Shown here one piece after another: positions 50,475 through 59,332 of a DNA stretch of 64,000 nucleotides. Where the stretch lies: assembly GCA_051866635.1 (NCBI GenBank), contig JBJDXJ010000063.1, forward strand, positions 1 to 64,000, in the 5' to 3' direction. Position numbers and translations under genes: made by a program. This DNA comes from Clostridia bacterium. GTDB taxonomy: Bacteria; Bacillota; Clostridia; UMGS1883. The notes beneath the pieces were generated by a model that ran no database searches, was not told the DNA's origin, and worked only from the letters and a program-made list of their open reading frames with translations. Every line of letters begins with the position of its first letter. The first letter of the stretch is position 1.

Positions 50475-52259
50475 TTACTTCTTAGGCTTATACCTGTTAA
50501 TTAAATCGGAAATATAACTTAGTGACTGCATATTCAAGGATAAATCTATAGATTTACAAACTTTTTTTACGTCCAATTCAGTTAATGCCATATTCGTAAG
50601 GTTCAATGTTGTATCTTTCGTAATAGCATTTAGAATTAGTTTGGTATTTTTATCCAATTCTCTATTTCCGCTTTCCTCTTCAGCCAATATCATTTTTGCT
50701 TTTTGCTTTGCTATAATTGTATTATACTCTGAATACAATAATATTACAGGCATAAGAAATTCTGCAACTATGGCAAGAAAAAATAATAACAAAACAAACT
50801 GCGGTGTCCCATTACGCCTATTTGCTATAATATTCCAAGAAACAAACAAAACGGGAATACATATAGCTTCGGTAATTACAAATTTTTTTAGCATAGCTTT
50901 TTTTGCCATATCTTTCAAGGCAAAATAATCGTTTTCAAGTTTTGTAAATTTTTGATGTAATGCTAATTCGGACTGTTCTTTTTTAGCCTTTTCCTCTTGC
51001 TCTTTTGCCAATTTTTCTTCGGCAATTTTTTTATATTTAGCCTGTGCCGTTTCGCAATAGTTAATCAAAACCGGCTTAAAATTATCATCAGCAAATCGTA
51101 ACGCATTTTGATAACTCATTGATTTACTATAATCAACTGCTCTGTTTGCAAGGTTTTCCTCTTTGTTAACTTTAATTTCAATCATTAGTTTTCCAAGATA
51201 TGCACGAGCATTTTCCGGCTCGTGGTTTAACACTTGCTCTAAAAGCTCATCGGCTTTTTGCCATTCCGCAGCTTCAATAAGTATAAATGCTCTTTTCAAT
51301 AGAGGCTCGGATTGAAAAACTTCCGTTTTATTGACAACATTAACATTTGGTTGTGCCGTTTCCTTTTGCAGTACCTTTTTTATTCCTCTTATCAAATCCT
51401 GAACAAATCCGATTTTGCTCATATCCTGACTTTGAAACATTGAAATCTCGTCCGGTAAATCATATGCGTCCATATCACGATAGCAAGGAATAATCATTTT
51501 TGACTTGTCACGTTTTGCCAAATCCAAAAATCTTGCCCATTCATTTTTAACCCAAATTGCATTAAAATATTCTTTGCTTGTACCGACAACGAGCATTACC
51601 TTTGCGGAATTTAGGGCAGAAAATATGTACGGCTCATATTCCGTTCCGAGTTTGTCCTCCAAGGTTATTCTGCTGAAAAATACCTTGTAACCCTCGTTAG
51701 TAAGCTGATAGTAAATATCTTGTGCAAGAGTTGAGTCGATTGTTCGTTTACCGCTGTTATCCGTTTCTTTATAGCATATGAAAATGTCATAGGGAGCTTC
51801 TTTAGAGGCTATCGACAATATATTTTTTTGTATTGCGGAAATTGCTTCGGCTTCCTGCTTATATAAGCTTTGAGCCTGATAATCGTCCGAATATTCAACA
51901 GCGGCTTTATAGTCCAGATCAGACAATATAGATTCATTCTGCACTCTGTGGCAGGTAGGCACTCGTTTATGCGTTTTCGGGTCCTCAACATATTCGATAC
52001 CATACCTTGAAAGAACACATCCCCAGTATGCTTCTGCATTCCTATTATCCTCTGTTAAAATGCTTTCATAAGCCGAAAGAGCCTTATCAAACTCGTTTTG
52101 CAGTCTGAAATGGTTTGCTCTGTCAAACAAATTCAGTATTCGTTCATCATTAACATTCGGCAGCGTCATTGTACTTCCGCAACTGTCGCATACACCGACT
52201 TTCTGATTTTCGGTAATCTCAATATTACCTCCGCACATTTTACATTTTAATATTGCCAT
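50475..52259 (-). CDS. Zn-ribbon-TPR-TIR-TPR-coiled-coil-2TM protein
   Basis: CKMC/CDSC; TPR; TIR motifs YDIFICYK, GYKVFFS, ALNSAKVMLVV, WVKNEW, IIPCY; second TPR; two TM helices. Confidence 0.88.
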   Translation of the reverse strand: MAILKCKMCGGNIEITENQKVGVCDSCGSTMTLPNVNDERILNLFDRANHFRLQNEFDKALSAYESILTEDNRNAEAYWGCVLSRYGIEYVEDPKTHKRVPTCHRVQNESILSDLDYKAAVEYSDDYQAQSLYKQEAEAISAIQKNILSIASKEAPYDIFICYKETDNSGKRTIDSTLAQDIYYQLTNEGYKVFFSRITLEDKLGTEYEPYIFSALNSAKVMLVVGTSKEYFNAIWVKNEWARFLDLAKRDKSKMIIPCYRDMDAYDLPDEISMFQSQDMSKIGFVQDLIRGIKKVLQKETAQPNVNVVNKTEVFQSEPLLKRAFILIEAAEWQKADELLEQVLNHEPENARAYLGKLMIEIKVNKEENLANRAVDYSKSMSYQNALRFADDNFKPVLINYCETAQAKYKKIAEEKLAKEQEEKAKKEQSELALHQKFTKLENDYFALKDMAKKAMLKKFVITEAICIPVLFVSWNIIANRRNGTPQFVLLLFFLAIVAEFLMPVILLYSEYNTIIAKQKAKMILAEEESGNRELDKNTKLILNAITKDTTLNLTNMALTELDVKKVCKSIDLSLNMQSLSYISDLINRYKPKK

Positions 52260-52261
52260 CT

Positions 52262-53305
52262 TTACCACATCCGGTCCTCATACGATGTATTTTCAATTCC
52301 TTGTTCTCTTAATTTTTTCACCATTTTATCAAGTTTTCCACGCCAGAATTTTTTAAACCAAATGGTATTACCAAACCATTTTACAATTGTTGGGCTTATT
52401 GCATAATATGTTCTGATAAACGCTCTGCCATACCAAGTTTCAGCTAATATATAGTCACGATAACGGCGAAGCGTCCAAACCTCAGGACAGTCATAAGAGC
52501 CATATACACAGGTAGCAACATAACAGCCACCGCTACTGAACGTCAATCCTTGATATGACGGGTTGTATTTCTTTATTTTGTCCACATATGAAAGAATTTC
52601 CTTCTTTGATTCTTCACTGGTAAATTTGTAATTAATGCGTATATCAATTCCTTTTTCCCACGCTTTTGCACACATTGTACCGACTTCGGGGTGTTCAATA
52701 TATCGTTTTTCAAGTTGATCTCCCAACTCAAATAATAATAAATATAAAGCCTTGCAGTTTTCTACAAAATCAGACTCAACACCACGTGTATCTTTAAATC
52801 TTTGGTAGTGATTTTGAGCATTGATGTATAATAATTGGGCAAAGTCTTCTGTTTTTGTGTATACCTGCACAAATGCGTTTGATTCCTCTTCGGATGTCGT
52901 ATAATTGTCTATAAGATCAAAAACACTATTCAAGCAATTGGATAATTTATATGCCGCAGATGATATTTCTCCTATTTTACATTGAGCAACATGAAAGTAA
53001 GTTGTATAATATGCTGCTTCCCAGCTGTTTGGATCCTCAACCAAAATCATATCATAATATTTTTCAGCTTGTGCATCATCATTGTTATCTTTTGCACGTC
53101 TTGCTACAGTGTATAAATTATTTAATCTTTCTAATTTATCTGCCGAAAAATTTGTATCAAATTTTTTTGCTTTTGATTTAACACTAACATTTCCGTGTGA
53201 TACGGCATGCTCGTCTTTAAAAACCTCGCCACATTGCCGGCATATATATACATTGCCGTCTTTATCCAACTCGCCACCACAGGATTTGCATTCTAAATAT
53301 GACAT
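52262..53305 (-). CDS. Zn-ribbon-TPR protein with C-terminal CFI-box-CTERM domain
   Basis: CKSC/CRQC; TPR-like helix pair; GCYVATCVYGSYDCPEVWTLRRYRD..L.....GRAFIRTYYAISP. Confidence 0.85.
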   Translation of the reverse strand: MSYLECKSCGGELDKDGNVYICRQCGEVFKDEHAVSHGNVSVKSKAKKFDTNFSADKLERLNNLYTVARRAKDNNDDAQAEKYYDMILVEDPNSWEAAYYTTYFHVAQCKIGEISSAAYKLSNCLNSVFDLIDNYTTSEEESNAFVQVYTKTEDFAQLLYINAQNHYQRFKDTRGVESDFVENCKALYLLLFELGDQLEKRYIEHPEVGTMCAKAWEKGIDIRINYKFTSEESKKEILSYVDKIKKYNPSYQGLTFSSGGCYVATCVYGSYDCPEVWTLRRYRDYILAETWYGRAFIRTYYAISPTIVKWFGNTIWFKKFWRGKLDKMVKKLREQGIENTSYEDRMW

Positions 53306-53369
53306 TTCAAAAATACTCTCCTTCTATGTATGATTTTTACTTAGTTTACTATTCCATAGATTTCCTAAC

Positions 53370-53810
53370 TTAATTTGAATATGTTGTCTTTAATTCAACC
53401 TTTTTGGTTTCTTCACAATTTGGGCAGTAAAAACCACCAGTAAAGCTACCGGGGGTGGTTACAGTAGTACTTGGTTCTGTATATCCGCAACTATCACATT
53501 TCTTTTTATAAACTACTTTGTTTTCATGATTATCTTCAATAATTATTGCATTAGAAATTGCAACTGTAGTACTGGATTGTTTATTTTCTTGTACTTGATT
53601 GTAATTTCCGTAATAATTATTTGTAGATGTTGAATTTGTACTTTTTTTATCAGTAGACTCATTCGGTGTTTCTACATAATTATCAACTGATTCGCTATAT
53701 TGCTGATTTGAATCATCTGTGTTTTGATATGTTGAATCGCCTTGTGGTGTGCAAGCTGTTACACAAATCATCGTAAAAATCACTAAAATGTAAGATATAT
53801 GTTTTTGCAT
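53370..53810 (-). CDS. Lipoprotein with low-complexity linker and C-terminal zinc ribbon
   Basis: VTA-C lipobox; S/T/N-rich linker; CDSC...CPNC. Confidence 0.75.
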   Translation of the reverse strand: MQKHISYILVIFTMICVTACTPQGDSTYQNTDDSNQQYSESVDNYVETPNESTDKKSTNSTSTNNYYGNYNQVQENKQSSTTVAISNAIIIEDNHENKVVYKKKCDSCGYTEPSTTVTTPGSFTGGFYCPNCEETKKVELKTTYSN

Positions 53811-53814
53811 TTAA

Positions 53815-54243
53815 TTACCTCCAATAATTTTCCTTTTCTTTTATAAATTCTTTATGTTTTTGTTCCGCCTTGCTGTCAACTTCATTGATATATTCACTGC
53901 CTGCCGTTATAGCGATTATTCTTATTATAAATACCGCTAAAACTGCAATATGTATTACAAGCGTCCATAATACATACAAAGAAATCAAGCAAGCAATTAC
54001 CGAAAAAAACACACTGATTATTGAATATATTACAGCTGTATAAACAAACGCATGACCTTGGGGGGTTTTTGTAGTTTCTCTCTTACCGAACACACAGAGG
54101 CTCAATGCTATACCTATTATTGCAATCAAGGTAAATATATACGAAACAATAAATGTGTCCGTAATTGGAACAACTATAAACAATAGAGATACAACTACCG
54201 CCATAATAATGGCTGATATAATAATTTTTGTGTTATTATTCAT
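53815..54243 (-). CDS. Four-TM membrane protein
   Basis: Four hydrophobic segments; start overlaps the SPFH gene end. Confidence 0.8.
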   Translation of the reverse strand: MNNNTKIIISAIIMAVVVSLLFIVVPITDTFIVSYIFTLIAIIGIALSLCVFGKRETTKTPQGHAFVYTAVIYSIISVFFSVIACLISLYVLWTLVIHIAVLAVFIIRIIAITAGSEYINEVDSKAEQKHKEFIKEKENYWR

Positions 54244-55489
54244 TTGTACCACCTTCTATTCTATACCCACATTCTAAGCAGAATTTAGCACCATTAGGTA
54301 CTTCCTTTCCGCAGTTGGAACAAATAAGTTGTAATTTACCGCCACACTCCATACAGAATTTACCTTTTGGTGTTTTGCTTCCGCATTGAGGACATATCAT
54401 TTCATTGTCTGAAAGCTGTTCAATCTTCGTTCCGCACTCGAGACAGAATTTTGCATTTTCGGGTAAGGTATTACCGCACTTCGGACATATTGAAGTTGAT
54501 TTTGATGTATTCATATTTACTGCATTTCCTATGCTGTCATTTACAACTCCGCCGACAGCACTGCCAACGCTTGTCATGACTCCAAGCCCTATACCCAAGC
54601 CAGCCATATTTCCTCCGCCTTCATTTTTAGCAAAGCCTTCGGCAACATCAAAACCTCGTTCCTGTTGATATGTATAGCCTTCAATCTGACGTTTTGCAGC
54701 CATGCCTTCCGCTTCTAAAATCATTTTCTGCTTTTCGGTTTCTTGCTTAATAATATCAACATTTTGTTGCAATTTTGCTTCTGCAATATCTGCGTACTGT
54801 CTGAAATGCAAACTCTTAAATCGCTTATATGTACTGTCATCTTCGGGTTTTACAATGGTCGTTACAAAGAAATGCACCAACGAAACACCGTATTCCTCAA
54901 AATCAGGAATAAGTAATTTATGTAAGCTTTCCGAAATTTCATTAAGTTTTTCATCAATTTGAAAAATGTTTATTCCGTTATTCCGGATATATGTTGACAA
55001 ATACGTTTTGAACCTTATCATAAGAAAAGCTCTAAACTTTTGTGTCAAGCCTGCTTGTGTAAGTACATTTTCCGTGCCGACTATTTTTACCAAGAGTTTT
55101 TTTGCATCGGAAACTCTCAAACTCATTTCGCCGCTTGCACCTATTTGAAGCGGAAAATTGTATGTGGGTTCCATATATTCAATTTTACTGTCCGTCCCCC
55201 ACCGAATGTTCATTTGCTCGGTTTTATTTATAAAGTATACCTCGCAATGAAATGGTGTTTTATCATTAAAAGGCTTATTAAAAAACTTTCTGATAAGCGG
55301 AATATTTTGAGTTTCTAATGTATGTCTGCCTGCTTCAAAACTATCAAGAAGTTGTCCGTTCATGTAGAAAACCGCTTCTTGCGATTCGTGAACGATAAGT
55401 TGTGTTGTTGTATTAAAGTCTTCACAAGGGTGTTTCCATACAAAGGTTGAGTTATCACCCTCATACTTAATTACATCTGCTATTTGCAC
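54236..55489 (-). CDS. SPFH/Band-7-like protein with three C-terminal double zinc ribbons
   Basis: FVWKHP, QLIVHESQEAVF, GRHTLET.NIP, PFHCEVYFIN, WGT; GLGIGLG; three CxxC...KFCxxCG units. Confidence 0.9.
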   Translation of the reverse strand: MQIADVIKYEGDNSTFVWKHPCEDFNTTTQLIVHESQEAVFYMNGQLLDSFEAGRHTLETQNIPLIRKFFNKPFNDKTPFHCEVYFINKTEQMNIRWGTDSKIEYMEPTYNFPLQIGASGEMSLRVSDAKKLLVKIVGTENVLTQAGLTQKFRAFLMIRFKTYLSTYIRNNGINIFQIDEKLNEISESLHKLLIPDFEEYGVSLVHFFVTTIVKPEDDSTYKRFKSLHFRQYADIAEAKLQQNVDIIKQETEKQKMILEAEGMAAKRQIEGYTYQQERGFDVAEGFAKNEGGGNMAGLGIGLGVMTSVGSAVGGVVNDSIGNAVNMNTSKSTSICPKCGNTLPENAKFCLECGTKIEQLSDNEMICPQCGSKTPKGKFCMECGGKLQLICSNCGKEVPNGAKFCLECGYRIEGGTNE

Positions 55490-55626
55490 GCTATACTCAT
55501 ATCCTTTCCAGATCGTTTACTAAAAGTGTACTGTAAGAGAGCTCTTTATATTTGCAGTCTTGATATATTTTGCAATTGCTTTTGCTATTTTATTGAGTTA
55601 ACATTTGGCTCATACGCATCTTCTTT

Positions 55627-55670
55627 AAATAGCTCATTTCACCTAAACAAATAGCTCATTTCACCTAAAC
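55627..55670. repeat. Perfect 22-bp tandem duplication
   Basis: AAATAGCTCATTTCACCTAAAC twice. Confidence 0.95.
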
Positions 55671-56685
55671 CGCTTTGCAATTTTATTCCCAATATACCTT
55701 CATCTTCATACATGTAAAAATAACTACCATTGTAGTAGAGTGAATAAGCATAAATACCATCTATTTCATCTATGTACTCCCATGTTCCGCCCCGAACAAT
55801 TCTACCAAAATCATCAATCTCATCTAATAAATCTTTAACTTCCAAACTGTCCCGAAATGTACCATTATAAGCATTATAAGACGGCATGCTGACAGACATA
55901 TGTCCATCACCTTCAAATGTGTATTGAACACCGGTAGCTTTTTTCCATGTGCCGATAATTGCCACTTTGCTTTCAATACTTTTTGCGAGTTTTTTCGCTT
56001 CACTTTTTGTTTTTTCATCAGCATTAACATTCTTCTCTATGTCTTTAAGACATTCGTCCGCAAAAATATATCCACCATCTTCTATAAATTTTTTTGCCGA
56101 ATTAAGATTTTTTATTGCCATCTCTCGTTGAGCTTCTACAAAATCATCAACGTACTTACCATTCGGGTAGTAGTCCATGTACACATCATAAAATCTATTA
56201 ATTTCATATTCATCATCATTACAATTCAACAATTCCGTATAGAGGTCTTCTTCTACATCTTCTTTTAATGCATTAATCTTTTTTATATATCGTTTTTTAT
56301 TGGAATAGGTTTCACTAAATTCTTCAATATCTTCCAATGTATTACGGTAATCGTCATGTTCTTTTTTTACCGGATATTGATATTCATTGACAATTTCCTT
56401 ATACAATTTAGCTTCAGGATTAGGAATTAAAATCATGAGAATTACAAAGGCTACCGAAATAACAGCTATAATAGGCAGGATTTTTTTCTTAAGCGGTTTG
56501 ACATTTCTGGAATAATCTAATTCATAGGAACTTTCCTCTTGTTCTGTTACTTCTGCATTTACAGTTATGGTTTCTTCCTTTTTTATGTTCTTCTCTTGCA
56601 TTTTGTCATCCGATTCATCAGCCTGACATTTTTCACAAAAGCCATTCTCCATAAATTTTCCGCACTTAGGACAAATACTTGACAT
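55639..56685 (-). CDS. Zn-ribbon + single TM + extracellular domain protein
   Basis: GAGGGAG RBS; CPKC/CEKC; KKK-preceded TM; IIGTWK lipocalin-like motif. Confidence 0.8.
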   Translation of the reverse strand: MSSICPKCGKFMENGFCEKCQADESDDKMQEKNIKKEETITVNAEVTEQEESSYELDYSRNVKPLKKKILPIIAVISVAFVILMILIPNPEAKLYKEIVNEYQYPVKKEHDDYRNTLEDIEEFSETYSNKKRYIKKINALKEDVEEDLYTELLNCNDDEYEINRFYDVYMDYYPNGKYVDDFVEAQREMAIKNLNSAKKFIEDGGYIFADECLKDIEKNVNADEKTKSEAKKLAKSIESKVAIIGTWKKATGVQYTFEGDGHMSVSMPSYNAYNGTFRDSLEVKDLLDEIDDFGRIVRGGTWEYIDEIDGIYAYSLYYNGSYFYMYEDEGILGIKLQSGLGEMSYLFR

Positions 56686-56969
56686 ATTAACATCTCCCTC
56701 TGATTATTTATTCTTTATTTATTTTTGCATCCGTCCGTTTTCATAAGAATTGTGCTTACAAGGACACATGCGAAGCACCAAAGAAATACCGGCACATATC
56801 ACCAAAACAGCAGTAATACTATCACACAAATTTGTCTTGGCAGTTTATTACATATTATCACACAACCTAACAAATTGCAACTATTTTTTGATATAATTTT
56901 TAACTATATTTTTGAATGTTTATTTAATTGGCAAAATGGGATAGAATTATAGCAATAGGGGGTTATGCT

Positions 56970-57143
56970 ATGGATTTTATTATAAAAAAGACTACAAGTT
57001 CCAACCGCACGGTCAGAATGCCTGACGAATTAATCGAAACTATCAGCACCATTGCCAACGAAAAGGGCATTTCCTTCAATCAGCTTGTTATTCAGTGCTG
57101 TGAATATGCGTTGGACCACCTTAAGGACGAGAAAACAGAATAA
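56970..57143 (+). CDS. Ribbon-helix-helix (Arc/CopG-like) DNA-binding protein
   Basis: AGGGGG RBS; NRTVRMPDEL...I...ANEKGISFNQLVIQCCEYAL. Confidence 0.85.
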   Translation: MDFIIKKTTSSNRTVRMPDELIETISTIANEKGISFNQLVIQCCEYALDHLKDEKTE

Positions 57144-57169
57144 AACGTCTTTTTTGTTTTATTATAGTC

Positions 57170-57221
57170 AAAAGCACAGAAAAAGTCCCGGACAAATTGT
57201 CCAAGACTTTTCTGTGCTTTT
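57170..57221. terminator. Bidirectional terminator
   Basis: AAAAGCACAGAAAAAGTC...GACTTTTCTGTGCTTTT between convergent genes. Confidence 0.75.
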
Positions 57222-57225
57222 TATT

Positions 57226-58698
57226 TTAATATACAGGTACTAATCTATTCTCCTCCAATGCATAGCCTGTTATATCGCCCAAATCATACCATTCAACGTT
57301 AAACTTTTTTGTATATGCAGTCATATAGAAGGAATACTCTTTTGAAAACATATCTCCTTCGCAGAGATAAAAGCCTGTTTCCTCATCGTATTTTATACAC
57401 CATGCAATACAATAATTAAAATTATTGTAAAACTGATGCTCGATAACCCCGATGCATCCTTCGTTAAGCCCTATCAACAGCTCGGGCACATCGTCATAGT
57501 CCATATCACAACAGATTATATCGGCGTTTTTTCTGTCTGGCGGATTAAAAAGGCTGTAATCGTACTGCCCATTGTAGGCAAATTCACCTGTGAAATCGTG
57601 TCCGTAGTCATCATTAAGATAAACCTTAAGTTTGCCGTCTGAAAGGGTTATGTCGGCATTGACCAAAGTATTGTTTTCTCCCAGCTTTATTTTGCCTTTT
57701 TTATTTCCGTCCTCTAAAAACAGCAGATGGTCCCAGGGCTTGTACATTGAAAAAATCGCCACATGATTATATGTAGGGTATTTGCTGTACTCCTCCATTT
57801 TGCTGTCAGATGCAAATCCGGTAAAATATGTATCTTCATCTAATGTGATTTCCGCTTCTGTATCTTTTTCATCTATTTCGGCAGTTATGCTATTGGAAGG
57901 TTTCTCCATATAGAGGGCATTATCCGTTGGGTTTGTGGGCTGTTTTTTGTCAAAGGCGGCGTTACTTTTTCCATTTATCAGACAAATGCAGGCAACAAGT
58001 GCCAAAAGGGCAGATGCGGCACATATTGCAGGAGGTATTATACGGCAAAATATTATTGCACGATGTAAGGCTTTAACGTTTTTATACCGCTGGGACGGGT
58101 CAAGCCGCTTGCATTTTTCCGATATTTTGTGCAAACAACCCTTTATACCTAAGTAATCCAATACAGCCTGTATTGTTGCACCAAAGGCATATATATCTGT
58201 TTTAAAATCTGTGGGCATCATGCCGTACTGTTCAATAGGGGCATAACCGAAGGTGCCCATTTTTTCGGTATCTTGCCGTATTTCAGACCTGTAAATGCGG
58301 GCAATATCGTAATCAATCAACCATATGTGATTTGACGCATCAACAAGTATATTGTCGGGCTTAATATCTCTGTGGATAATATTTTGACTGTGTAGGACTG
58401 CTAATGCATCTGTCAATTGTAGCATAATGGAGCGTATTTCTTTTTTTGTGAACTTACGACCTTCCTCCATAAGTGTTGATAAGGACTTGCCTTCAATATA
58501 TTCCTCAACAACAACTGTTTTATCGCCAAATTCCACAGAGAAAATCTTTGGTATGTTGGGGCTTGAAATTTTTTGAAGGTTTTTGTAAATTTCACGCTTG
58601 TCCCCTTCTATTTCCCTTTTGAGATATTTTTTGCCGTTATCTGTACAGAGAACAATTTTCTGCCTGTCATTTTGTTTTAAAATCTCACATTCTTTCAA
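57226..58698 (-). CDS. Membrane-anchored Hanks-type Ser/Thr protein kinase
   Basis: TTG start after GGAGGG; EEYIEG, IIHRDIKPDNI, LIDYDIAR, GTFGYAP, DIYAFG; TM then extracellular domain. Confidence 0.9.
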   Translation of the reverse strand: MKECEILKQNDRQKIVLCTDNGKKYLKREIEGDKREIYKNLQKISSPNIPKIFSVEFGDKTVVVEEYIEGKSLSTLMEEGRKFTKKEIRSIMLQLTDALAVLHSQNIIHRDIKPDNILVDASNHIWLIDYDIARIYRSEIRQDTEKMGTFGYAPIEQYGMMPTDFKTDIYAFGATIQAVLDYLGIKGCLHKISEKCKRLDPSQRYKNVKALHRAIIFCRIIPPAICAASALLALVACICLINGKSNAAFDKKQPTNPTDNALYMEKPSNSITAEIDEKDTEAEITLDEDTYFTGFASDSKMEEYSKYPTYNHVAIFSMYKPWDHLLFLEDGNKKGKIKLGENNTLVNADITLSDGKLKVYLNDDYGHDFTGEFAYNGQYDYSLFNPPDRKNADIICCDMDYDDVPELLIGLNEGCIGVIEHQFYNNFNYCIAWCIKYDEETGFYLCEGDMFSKEYSFYMTAYTKKFNVEWYDLGDITGYALEENRLVPVY

Positions 58699-58769
58699 TC
58701 AAATCCCTCCTTGCAAAATGTTACAATTTGTATTATCATAATTATATTAAATTTAAGGAGTGTTTGTCA

Positions 58770-59192
58770 ATGGCTTCAATTACGGAAGAACTGTTAACCG
58801 AATTAAAAAACGCCTCTGATTTACAAAGCTTTTTTAAAAAGCACGAAAATGACTTTATCGAAAAGAGCCTTGATGTTTATTTAAACGAGTTTTTAGCCGC
58901 AAAAGGGATAAGCATTTCGGACATTATAAAATCATCCGGTGCAGGGGAATATGCTTACAAAATATTTAAAGGGGAAAGAAAGCCCTCGAGAGATATTCTC
59001 ATATCAATAGCATTCGGTATGGGGCTTTCTTTGCAGGAAACACAACTTATGCTACGCATTGCAAAATTTGCTGTTTTAGACCCCAGGGATAAACGTGACG
59101 GAGTTATAATATATGCATTAACCCACAATATGACAGTATTTGAGGCTGACGATGTTTTAGACGAAAACAATTTCACCACAATTAACAGTTAA
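58770..59192 (+). CDS. XRE-like HTH protein, divergent from the kinase
   Basis: AAGGAG RBS; YAYKIFKGERKPSRDILISIAFGM.L...ETQ..L......L.PR.KRD. Confidence 0.8.
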   Translation: MASITEELLTELKNASDLQSFFKKHENDFIEKSLDVYLNEFLAAKGISISDIIKSSGAGEYAYKIFKGERKPSRDILISIAFGMGLSLQETQLMLRIAKFAVLDPRDKRDGVIIYALTHNMTVFEADDVLDENNFTTINS

Positions 59193-59262
59193 CTTAAGAA
59201 GGGGTTGGATTTAATAAAACTTTCCTTATCTAAGTGCATTTCTTAATGCTCAACTTTTTTTA

Positions 59263-59301
59263 TAATAATGGGGTCAGGCTTGTCACCTGACCCCATTATT
59301 A
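59263..59301. terminator. Perfect 16-bp hairpin between convergent genes
   Basis: TAATAATGGGGTCAGG...CCTGACCCCATTATTA. Confidence 0.7.
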
Positions 59302-59332
59302 CAGAACGGTTTTTCTTCGTATAAATACACTT

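Noticed and set aside
50475-52259. Calling the TIR gene Thoeris, CBASS or Pycsar
   Set aside because: No ThsA (SIR2/Macro), CD-NTase or cyclase is nearby and the architecture differs
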